A stretch of 64,000 bases of DNA from Phallusia mammillata (taxonomy: Eukaryota): positions 8,184,001 through 8,248,000 of the forward strand of contig OZ281500.1 in NCBI GenBank assembly GCA_965637545.1, written 5' to 3'. Below the pieces are notes generated by a model, which saw nothing but the letters and a program-made list of their open reading frames with translations, was not told the DNA's origin and ran no database searches. Both the position numbers and the translations under genes were made by a program. Within the stretch, counting starts at the first letter, position 1, and every line of letters starts with the position of its first letter. Of the stretch, positions 1 to 10,533 are shown piece after piece.

Positions 1-3000
1 ATCGGAACGAAACCCCAATTCTTGTAGGGTGCTTAAATCCAAAACACCGTAACCGACACCGACTGAACTCCGTAAACCTAAAAAACGCACGTTCAATTGA
101 AAAAATACAAGTTTATTTTTAGTAGTCTTGCCTGCTGTGGTAGGTTCGACAACTGCCATGGCAAGGGTGCTCGTCACTTCTTGATACTGTCCAGTTTCGT
201 CGAGTTCAACCTTTTCTCCAACCGTATCCAATGTGGTTAGAAGTCTGGTAAAGCATAAACAAATATAAAGCAGGGTTTTGTAAACAATTAAGCTTGTGCA
301 TATTGCATGGGTATCATTGTTTATTGTTGAGTTGAGTTGCGTTTATTTAGCTTGGTTAATTAAAACATAGTTACACAACTGCACTCAAACAATCACCAAG
401 CTGGCAATGCCAACGTCGAAACGTAATGGAGCGCAAAAACAGTGAAGGGCCAAATTGGTGGATCATAACTATAACCGCCATGCAGCTACACCATAATTTA
501 AAGCGTTATGTGATGGGGGCTCACAAGAAAGTGAGTTTGACACACTGTGATTAAATCACGAAAACATTTACTTCAAATACACTTGTTAACAATCACTCAT
601 CAACCACAACTATTTATGACAGGAAATTTAGAAAACCCCACTAACTTTTATTAAACACTATGAATATTCACCTTAAAAAGGCTAACAATCGCATTTTAGA
701 TATCCATTACTTACTGTTCAGTTTGGTCGGAATCTTGTAATGATTCAGTTGGGGCAGAGAGTAAATTTCCCACCGTGTTAATGACAGACGACGATGTCTG
801 CGAATATTTGTCTTTTAAATGCAAACAAATTACGTACATGACACTATTTGAAAATGCTCGTTAACTGCGTTGCAGCTAAAGTGAGGAAAATACACACTAA
901 TCCCGAGCGCTTGTTTGTACAGAAATTAACTTTCTATGTAAGAAAATATAACATAAGCTAATCAATACATAAGCTATTGCTGCCAGGCATAATATCAAGT
1001 TTATAGAGCTCTTCTGGCAAATGTTATTTAATTTACATAAGTTACATTTGCCAGAAGAGCTCTATAAACTTGATAAGCTAATCAAAACTGGCAGTGTTTC
1101 TCGCCCGAGTAAAGCTATTAATTGAGTTCTTTTTTGGTGACAATCGTGTCCCCAGTATTGGTTACGCCTACAAATTCCCCATGTCATCCAAATAGCAATG
1201 ATTAAATTGTTCCAACAAAATTGGTGAGAAATTGCTGTTTGTATGGATACAAGGTGAAATCACTTATCCAGAAAGCTACCCGTGAACAAATACAAACACG
1301 ACTGAGTAATCTAACTTATGTTAAAATATATGTATTTGGGTCTAGACATTGGAAGCTTTAAATAGATTTTGTAGGACTAAAAAGAGTGTCACCGGCCTAG
1401 TAGCCATATGCATGCGACTTTTTGTAAGCCTATTGTGTGCAAAAATGCTAAAAAAAACACCATACGCGTCATAATATAGATCAGGGGTTCTTAACCAGGG
1501 GTGCACGCACCCCCAAGGGGTACGAGAACTGTTCCTTGGGGGGTGCGGGGAGACTAAATCATTAAGGTTGGTTAGGTCTGTTATATATAAATACAAATAC
1601 CCAGCGGGGTGCGAAAACTGGTTGGTAATTGTAAAGGGGTGCGAAAATTGGTTGGTGATTGGAAAGGGGTGCAGCAAGGAAAAAGGTTAAGAAGCACTGA
1701 TATAGATGGTGACTTCATAAATCATAAAGACTGATCGCTAGACTGCTTAACTCAATCTGTGCATCAATTAGAAATTAACCTGGGCTTTAGGTGCCATAAA
1801 TAGTACATATTTTAGATAAACCTATTTTTACAATCCATAGTGTGTTGACAATGTTTTGGAAGATAAAATAAAATATGTTAATGCTTGGGTTTTATGGTTT
1901 TACATACGTTTGCTGGAAGTGGATCAGGTGTATTTACAACGTTATCCAGCGCATTGACAATGTCGGTGACGTTTTCAGGTTGCAGATTTTCTGGTTCAGA
2001 AGACACAACCTCCAAATCATTTGCAATTTCTAACCGTTGACCCTCATCTTTGATCTCTACTGTGGTAAGATCCTGTTAAAAAGGTGGGTGCTAAAACCGT
2101 ATTTAACTTTCAATTAAACACAACAAACTTACGTTTAGGTTCACGTCGCACGTTGAGAGCCAAGTAGGTTCTCCCCATGTGGCGTCTAATTGACACATTC
2201 TTGTTCCATATGGAAGCCCAGCTGCGGGTTGACCAATGTTATAGTATGAAATACCTATGTGTGTATTTAATGTAATACTTTGTACCATTTGAGGTTCCAG
2301 GGGGGCACGTTGAATCAGAAGAGGTCGAATATCCAGCGGCAGTCCTGGGAAATTTCACTTCGGTTGTCTTGTTAGTTGTGCCATCAGTGTAGTTCAGAGT
2401 TTCCATTTCGCAGTATACTAAACGAAATCATCATTTTTTATCAGCTGTAGCAACTAAAAAGTGAATTCTTGACTCACTTAATTCGCATCCATCGATAACT
2501 GGTTCAAAACCTCCGATGCAAGGGCAAACGCAGTCAGTTCCACTATGTTCGCAAGGACCAGAGCATCCTTCGCAACTGACTGGACAAGTTGGTACTGTAA
2601 ACATACAAACTTGCTGCATAATGCGTTTACACTAAGGGGGTAAAATGTTTCGATACAAACTTGTTGTACTTGTTGCAGCAGTGGTGGTTGTAGGCTCCGC
2701 GGTTGTGTCTGTAGAAGTGGTAGACTCGGGGACTGTAGTTGTATCTAATGTAGTTTCACTTGTTGTCGACTCGGGAGCTGTAGTTGTAACTAATGTAGTT
2801 TCATTTGTTGTAGACTCGGGGACTGTAGTTGTAACTAATGTAGTTTCATTTGTTGTAGACTCGGGGACTGTAGTTGTAACTAATGTAGTTTCATTTGTTG
2901 TAGACTCGGGGACTGTAGTTGTATACACTGTAGTTTCACTTGTTGTAGGATCTTGTGTACTAGGTTCGACAGTAGAAGGAGGCTCAGTACCGGATCCGCT

Positions 3001-4197
3001 GCTGTCCTCATACAAATCAACAGATTCTACAAAATGTCACAAGTTAAGTTTACTACTGGGTTTGTGGCATATTTTAGCAATATCGGCAATGGTTGGTATG
3101 ATTGTACAACATACGTCCGTTACAAGGTTATATGATAAATATTGTTTAACGGTTAAACTTTAACCTAAAGCAATGGAAATCACACCGATTTTAGCCGTTA
3201 CCTAAACGTGAGCTACTGCATGAAACTGTTACGCAACAAAAGTTTGCAACTTAAAGCGTTGTCGTTTGTTTGTAATTAGATAATTAATTGTTTTGACGAG
3301 CTGGGAACCATTAGTTTATTCTATTTAGAGTGTGGATTAGACACTTGCACATAGGGCCAACGACCTTTAACCTTTCGAATAACCTAAATGTATTGGTAAT
3401 AACTAGTGATGCACCGAAGTCTCGGTTGGACGAAACAGTTTGGCCGAATACGCTGTTTTCCGATAGTTCGGTTTAGGCCCGAAATTTTAAGACTCGGCCG
3501 AAACCGAACTTTTTGATTGCATGGAATTAATACCTAAACTTTCATTTTCGCCAACCAAACATCATAAATTAACTGTTTGTTGTATCTATAAAAATACGAA
3601 CCACGTTGTCTGCAAATATTACTCGGTAAAGCGTTTAGTAAAGCTTCCGCATTGCAAAAGTGATTTTGGTTTGTGAAAAAAGTGAATTGAATTCATTTGC
3701 ATCTACAACACAAGGTTTAGTTGAAAACAACCATAGGAACAGGATTTTAGGTTCGGCCTGATTCGACCAAAACTTTGGATTCGGTTTCGGCCCGAACCGT
3801 TTTAGGCGGGTTCGGTGCATCACTAGTAATAACGACCTGTAAACGAGTTAAAATCTACATATATTTACAAATCTTTGAAGTACACTATTTTTAATTTTAG
3901 TTCATAACTGATATTACTATTACAAACATAAACTAGACTTACGACTAAAACATAAAACTGTCCGAAAATTAAAGGATGTAGCACCCAAAGATCTGGGCAC
4001 CAATCGTTACAAGAAACAAAAAGAACTGAACATAACCAACCTCGATAAACTTTATCCAATTCAGCGTCACTTAAGTAACTCCAGTTTCTTTGTACTAACT
4101 CAACTTGAAAGGAGTACTGACTTTCACAACTTCCATACAAGTACACTAAAATAACGAATATCAAAATCCAGCGATACCCAATCCTTTGGTCGCACAT
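1..4197 (-). CDS. Adhesion GPCR paralog B, 5' part (signal peptide, mucin-like Thr stalk, Cys-rich EGF-like module, HRM-like domain, GAIN start); continues off the left edge
   Basis: Phase-consistent exons 4197-4041, 3026-2661, 2594-2478, 2417-2286, 2221-2133, 2072-1908, 797-715, 244-132, 77-<1. Signal peptide WILIFVILVYLYGSCES. Peptides such as FPRTAAGY, PYGTRMCQLDATWGEP, IANDLEVVSSEP and GVGYGV..ELGFRSD align with gene A at identical intron positions and phases. Confidence 0.85.
971..1024. repeat. Dispersed 54-bp repeat, copy 1
   Basis: Ungapped 41/54 match to 40881-40934. Confidence 0.7.
993..1075. repeat. Perfect 32-bp inverted repeat with 19-nt spacer
   Basis: TATCAAGTTTATAGAGCTCTTCTGGCAAATGT (993-1024) and its exact reverse complement (1044-1075). 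Confidence 0.97.
1482..1699. mobile_element. hAT (Charlie/Buster-like) MITE
   Basis: TIRs CAGGGGTTCTTAACC / GGTTAAGAAGCACTG; perfect 8-bp TSD ATATAGAT; GGGGTGC subterminal motifs; internal 30-bp tandem repeat at 1606-1673. Confidence 0.93.
2723..2947 (-). repeat. Coding 45-bp tandem repeat x5 (consensus TTNETTLVTTTVPES), mucin-like stalk
   Basis: Units start at 2723, 2768, 2813, 2858 and 2903; units 3 and 4 are identical. Confidence 0.97.
3404..3825. mobile_element. hAT-type MITE with TAG ends
   Basis: TIRs TAGTGATGCACCGAA / TTCGGTGCATCACTA; perfect 8-bp TSD GTAATAAC; many CCGAA/TTCGG subterminal repeats. Confidence 0.92.
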
Positions 4198-4865
4198 AGC
4201 TTTCCAAATCTATGTGAAAACCTAAACGTGCATGCTGGTGAATCGGCTGGAACACTAGTTTGCTTACCTTATTACCAAACCAGCAAGCGTACGTGATGGT
4301 TAATTATTGAAACCGTATCCCACAAAAAGCAAAGAGTTTGGATCTAGCGCCTCCCACTAAACCTCCCTCCAGCACACAAGAGTTGCGGGCTTTTATCAGC
4401 AAAAGCTCTATTTAACTTAGCCTGGGATAACAAACGAAATTGCTGCCCCGTTATATCACACAAACTGTTTCAAGCTTATCCATTAATCGCAACACCACAC
4501 AGTTCGCAAGCATAGAACTCTGTCGTTGACGAAGTTTAAACAACGAAGTGTGCTCTTATCGGTATGAGTACACAAACGTTGCACTAACTTCTGTACGGGT
4601 GTGGCCAAAATGTATGTTTGTTTCTTTAGTGTTTTTTTTCTTTTGCGGAATGTTTGCCACGCACATTTCTAATCAGAAAGCCCCGTTTGTTTCACTCGGT
4701 TTTAAAATATCTGGTTAATGAATGACAAAGGATGATTTTCAGAGTTCAATCATTTTGCCTGTGTCTGCCCAAAATATACAAAAAATTACGATTGGATTTG
4801 CCAATTCGTGCATTGACTTTCGGCCCATGCGAAAAAAACATTTTTTCAAACAGTTTAAATAAGTT

Positions 4866-4871
4866 TTTATT
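4866..4871 (-). terminator. Candidate poly(A) signal AATAAA of gene A
   Basis: TTTATT on the plus strand, 90 nt after the stop codon. Confidence 0.55.
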
Positions 4872-4960
4872 GTCAATGAAATACAAGTAACATAACACAT
4901 AGAAAAGAGCAGATGAGCAAAACTTCATGTATTCGGTCTAAACATTGGTCTAAACCTTTA

Positions 4961-7900
4961 TCAGATAAGTTTCTCTTTGTATCTGACTTGAGTGTCAAAA
5001 TTCGCAGATTGGAATGTGCTGGTTTTTGGAATCTCGCTTAATTCGGTTTCTTCCATCGCATAATTACCATATCTCCACCTAAATAGAAAATGTATTTTAG
5101 TTTTATCACTCCGTGGGAGGCATATGGTGATTTATCATTTGGCGCCAATTACCCGCTAGAGAAAGAGATAGCAAATTTCATTGCCTCATGTGCGCTATTC
5201 AGTTTCCTTCTTGACATATCCCTCACATGCTTTTGACGCACCACACATAGAAGAAATATTAAAACTCCTGCAAATAATGTAATCGTTTTGTGAAGTCGGA
5301 GCCAGTATACAAACTGACCACTACCTTGCAAAGAGTTTAGCACGGTGAATATGTAAGCGAAGACGTTTAGCACCGCTAGATCCTCGTTCGATGCAATGAG
5401 CGCGATTGCAAACAGCCAAGTTCCACCCAGCGTTACAAATAGCGAAATAGACATCATTATGTTTTGTGTGGCTACATTATGCTCATTAGCAGTCTATAAC
5501 AAAACAGTGTTAAGTGGTACGACATGAGAAAGGAACAGACATTTTTTTAAACCTTTGCTCGATGGCACACCGCATGATAGATTATCATAATATAGAGTAC
5601 AAAGTTTATTCCAATAAAGATGCATAGCGGGATGGCGATAAGGTAAAGCAAGTAATCGTCGTCGATCCAGCACCTGATAGCAAACAAAAATGTATTGCGT
5701 TTACATATTCTTCAAAAACCAATATTAGTGGAGCAATAGCTGAAATACGCAGGCATAGAACAAACAATAAAATGAAAGTGGCTTTACCCATATTATGCTG
5801 ACTTACGTGTAATCAATGCGGGTATATAAAGATTTATCGGCTGCCAAAACACAAGACACGAAAACCGCGGGCAGTAACCATCCAAAGATGCCTGCCGGTA
5901 TTAGGATTTTAAGATTGTTTGCACTCCTGGTCCAAAAAGGCTGAAACAAAACAAATATTATGTAAATTACCTCGTTAAGTATTGGGCATAAAAACGTAAT
6001 ATGTAAATTATATGCCGGTTAAATGTAGTATAGCTGAGGTGAACATACACAGCTCTAAAGCGTTCATGCAGACCAGCGATCAAGGCATACCCATTTAGAA
6101 ATCATATTACGCTGAGTCCATTGAAGGCGTTATAACAAATCAAGCCGGTCCTCCAGGCATTCCCATAAGGCAGTGGTTCTTAACCTGGGGTTCGTGGACC
6201 CCCAAGGGGTCCATGAGATGGTTTCAGGGGGTCCACGGAGGGAAATATTATAAGTATCATTAACCAACAGAAGAATATTTTTAAGTATCTCAACCGTTTT
6301 TACAATCCTGCATATGAGTGCACGCTGTTAATTACACCTTAATTATGCCAAGAACAATTACTTTTTGTGATTGTCTTCCCTATTGTGACATCATAACACA
6401 AATGGACAATAGACTTTATAGGACGTGATTTGTGAAATTATATACACCATAAATATTATCAATTAGATGCGTTGGCCACTACAATACAGAAACGTCATTG
6501 ATTTTAAGGACTGTGAAGGCGGATTTAAATGCTTCAAAAGCAAGACAGGGTATAATGCAAGAAGCGTGAAACATAAAAAGACTTATCGTAAATTGCGTTG
6601 GGGGTCCGCAGACTTACAAAATTCAGAAAAGGGGTCCGTGACTACAAAAAGGTTAAGAACCACTGCCATAAGGCAATGGGCCTGGCGTACTATGATAAAT
6701 ATAGTATATCTTTCCTTATTAATGAAGCCTCATACATGAGCAAAACAAAAAACTGCGACGATTCAGGATCATTCATTCATGACTGCAGGAAATTTCATGG
6801 TGAAAAACACTAAATCAGTAGCTACGTATATTAACAAAGTTTCAAATATATTTACAAAAGCCACCGCCGCAAAGAGTGTGGCTCCTTCTGCCAGCATCCA
6901 ACCCATTGATGAAAGGATAAAAAAGTGCATAAGGACTGCAATTGATAAACAACCGTCGGGCGACCTTTGCACAAATTCCTGCCCACTCAGAATAAGGCAA
7001 ATGTTTAACAGCAGAAGTGATAAGGAAAGATTGGTTAAGAGAAACGACCCGCGAAATTTCTTTCCCTCGCGGATGGGCCTGCAGAAAACAAAACAACTGG
7101 GTTTGGAAAAAAATCCTAAAGTTTGTGACCAGCAATCACCTACTTGCAAACAACAAATACTATAATAGTTAGAAGAAGACAAACACAGGAAATACTGCAT
7201 CCGATCAACGTAATGAGGTCAATTTGTGTCGAGTCGATATAGTTGCTGTTCTGAAAACATGTTACATTGCTTTGTAGACAATTCTTCCCTGTTAGGCGAT
7301 ATAGGAAAATACTCGACATACAAACAAGGCGGCAAAGTTGGTAAGATGATCGAATTGGCAAGTGATGGTTTCGTTTTTGACGCTGATAATTCTCGAGCCC
7401 TCGGTAGACCATTCATTTGAATCCCAAAATCCACAGTACGTGTTTTTATCTACATATGGCTGAGCATAGTTGGCCTGAAAAGTGTTTTGTTGATAACTGA
7501 TAAACTAATACAGGTATTGCTTGCATCATACAAAATCTTACCGCCCATCACACTATATTACCTCCAGGGAAAATTGTATTTCAACAGGCTGTTGTAGATG
7601 TGCAATTTTACCGCTGCTTCCAACAATAGTTGCAGATAACACGACATGCGAGGTGTATTGCAAATTTGCACCTCGACGTTGATTGGTTTCAGCAGTGGAA
7701 AAAAGTTTGTCGTTGGACATCGCGTAGAAGCTGTTTCGGTTTGCTTTTTGAAAAATACAAAGATATTGTTTGTGTATTTGAATACATATTCATTGAAAAG
7801 ATAGGTGATACTTGTGTCGCTTCAGTACCTCGAGGCCTGGCACCTAACCACTACAAATCACGTAAAATTATCACCTGATCCTTGCGCGTTTGCTTGGAAG

Positions 7901-10533
7901 GGTATTTTAATGTACGAGGCGACCGTGCCGTTTGGTTGGTTGTAGAACGTTGTTAACTGATCGGACCTGAAACCAAGATCTTGTTCTTCAGTCCAAGATA
8001 ATACCGCGTAACCGACTCCATTTTGAGCCTCTACAACAACAGCCATAAAGGATGTCAGTAAATGTTAAAAAATTGACTTTTGGATGAGACTTTACCCTCT
8101 TGAGGTGGCTCAACAACTGCCAGCGCAACAGAACTTGTCACTTGTTCAAACAATCCATTCACCAGTTCTACTTTCGCACCAACGGCGTCTAAAGTTTGTA
8201 GCAACCTGCGGTTACGTACAATTTGAGTATGTTTCTACTCTTGCATTACTTTTATACAGTTGCATCCTGTTTAGGTTTTGTACCCAGCCATGGACGGTCA
8301 AAATAGTAAAAGATTTGTTTATATGATTCAAGGTAAATGTTTTACATTGATCCACAACATTTAAATAAACTCCTTTTGTAAATAATACGGCAAAAAATCA
8401 TGTGTTCTTATAGTTGTTACCAATAAATTGGTTTCTTTGTTTGGTGTCACAGTTGGTTTGACCGTTTGATACTACTGTATAATCTTTTATTAGTTGTATT
8501 TAAAGATGCGAATGTTTCGATGGCATACTTTTCTGACTGGTTGCTTGCTTTTATTTCCTCCTCTGGTGCCTCCATAATGTTCCCAATGGTCGCGACAACA
8601 GAATTTGAGGTCTGTAAAAGGTAATAACGTGTCAAGGCTTGCCTAAACCAACACCACTAAAGGGGTTTACGTAATACAAGACCGTGACAAGAATTATATG
8701 CAAATATTTCCTTGCTCTCTACGCCCTTAAACGTGTAATCTTTTTTTTCTCTTTAAACTGTTTTACAAAATGCGTTTTATAATTTACAACGCCCCCCTTG
8801 AGCAATTAAATAATACCACCACCTGGAATAACATTTCAACGCCATTTACGGAAAGTATAACCTGTTGAGTTAAATTTGGAGCGTTAACTACTTCTTCGAG
8901 GACTTCCACAGCAGCCGTAAGATTATCCGCTTCTAACTGATCAGGTTGTGATGTGATGACTTCTAAATCATTCGCCACCTCCTGTCTTTGTTCTTCCGTT
9001 GTAATGGTCAGGTTTTCATAAGTCTAAAGCAGTGGTTCTCAAACTTTTTTATTGTCAAGGCCAAATGGTATTTTTAAAGTTTGTAGGGAGCCGCAAAAAA
9101 AAACGAAACCTTGAGAAAATCACTAAAGAAGATGACTTTGAAAGCTAAAATAGCAATGGTTGGTGGTTTTTTGAGGTCTGGTGCGAGCCGCAAAATAAGT
9201 AGTTGGGAGCCGCATGGGGCCCCGAAACCGAGTTTGAGAACCACTGGTCTAAAGTATTGTTGTGGCGGAAAACAATTTACCATGGAGCAAAGCACTAATA
9301 AAGATGAGTCACCTCTAACTGTACATTACACGATGACAACCAAATTGGGGTTTCCCAAACTGAATCAATATTGCAGGCTCGTGTTCCGTACGGTTTTCCA
9401 CCTAACAAAGTTTAAAACAGAATATTTTGAGTTTTCACAACAGACTGACTTTGTCAAAAATTAAGTGTCCTTTGGATTCCTAGAATTTGGGCAAATTACA
9501 GAGTTGAAAGTATGTGGTACTTACTGCTGGATGTTCCAATGGGACAAACTGTTATAGATGAATTTGAGTAACCAGCGGCAGTAAGCGGAAAATACACAGT
9601 TACGTTCCCAGCTGTGTTTGGATACAGGACATCATCGTATTCACAGGGAGCTTAAAAAGCAAAAATAGTTATGAATTCAAAAGTCCATTAATGTGAATTT
9701 GTGCCGTTAGAAACATAAGTGGAACTAAACAAATTTGACCATTACCAATAGGAGAAAATTCAGATCAAATTTTGTAATATTTTTTTATTGCCAAAACACA
9801 ATAAAAAAAACAAATATTGGCAAAAAAGCATACCCTGCCTATACATGCCTATACACCTATTTATTTTTGATGTGTGTAGGTACATTTCTTTTTAATGTGT
9901 AAACGTGAATATGCCACACTCGTTGGTAAATCAAAATTTACGTTTTGTTTACATAATGCCAACAGTACTGAAAAAGGTGAAGTACCTAAGTAGTTGCCTG
10001 CCGTTGTCCAGCTCTGTGTACTGGCTGTGGTCGATGCGTTAGTCGAGTTCATTGAATCGCCAGAGGATGTCCATTGGTCCAACCTTGCTGCATTGAATTT
10101 GCCAATTTTCGTGATATAAGTCAGTTTCGTGGTAACATGGGAATCCACATGGGTGTCGTACTAAGTTTACATAGAAAAAGTAGCAACATCGATAATTACA
10201 GCGACGGGTTTTAACCCTAATAAAGTTTACAAACCATTAGTGTGCCATTACCTTTTCTATACTCGGGTTTGCATTTTCCTTCACATAAAGTTGTTTTTCA
10301 TCAACAACAATTTCGTTGATTACAATGTCAGGAATACGAGACTCTTTTACATTTCTTGTTTTTCCATGGTGAGTAGGTTCACCACCCACTGCGTCTTTTG
10401 CTTTCCTTCCAAGATTGTGCTTGAAGCGGATTTCATCACGTTTTTCTTTGAGTTTATCGAACCCGACAGAAGAGTGCATTTTCATAGTCAACAAGAGCAG
10501 TAAATGCACTAACACCACACGAATTGCTACCAT
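4961..10533 (-). CDS. Adhesion GPCR paralog A, complete (signal peptide, HRM-like, GAIN/GPS, secretin-type 7TM), 834 aa
   Basis: 17 exons: 10533-10252, 10160-9986, 9650-9525, 9401-9313, 9023-8862, 8611-8529, 8205-8096, 8030-7875, 7743-7562, 7474-7322, 7250-7144, 7078-6856, 5940-5807, 5673-5553, 5493-5325, 5267-5153, 5078-4961. Sum 2505 nt, open frame. GPS CGFW..WSTEGS..TCQFDHLTNFAALF; TM1 ITLIGCSISCVCLLLTI; TM3 HFFILSSMGWMLAEG; TM4 GWLLP; ECL2 CWI; TM7 NSLQG. Confidence 0.92.
6050..6170. repeat. Unclassified repeat (45-bp core plus decayed inverted repeat), copy 1; continues at about 6666-6690 beyond the MITE
   Basis: First 45 nt match 56662-56706 at 43/45; similarity continues for about 35 nt more. 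Confidence 0.85.
6171..6665. mobile_element. hAT MITE nested inside another repeat
   Basis: Perfect TIR CAGTGGTTCTTAACC; TSD CCATAAGG; GGGGTCC subterminal motifs. Confidence 0.95.
7322..7437 (-). other. GPS autoproteolysis motif (HL|T) and tethered-agonist-like TNFAALF of gene A
   Basis: Translates YCGFWDSNEWSTEGSRIISVKNETITCQFDHLTNFAALF, immediately before TM1. Confidence 0.9.
9030..9246. mobile_element. hAT MITE inserted at a splice acceptor of gene A
   Basis: Perfect TIR CAGTGGTTCTCAAAC; TSD GTCTAAAG (9022-9029 and 9247-9254); GAGCCGCA subterminal motifs. Confidence 0.95.

Noticed and set aside
2723-2947. CRISPR-like reading of the 45-bp repeats
   Set aside because: Units are contiguous with no unique spacers, are in frame inside a spliced exon, and there are no cas genes.
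2645-3163. 172-aa Val-rich plus-strand ORF
   Set aside because: It is the antisense mirror of the Thr-rich 45-bp repeat exon of gene B (ACN codons read as Val/Gly); there is no independent evidence.
7844-7874. Apparent 31-nt micro-intron in gene A
   Set aside because: That acceptor leads to a stop (six-T run at about 7699-7704); the AAG acceptor at 7744 gives an open, GAIN-like frame (NRNSFYAMSNDKLF).
9024-9248. Full in-frame exonisation of the MITE (225 nt, a multiple of 3)
   Set aside because: Translation from the upstream AG hits TAG after 41 codons.
9074-9464. ORFs of 73 and 117 aa overlapping the MITE
   Set aside because: They run through non-coding TE, intron and antisense exon sequence; no transposase motifs.
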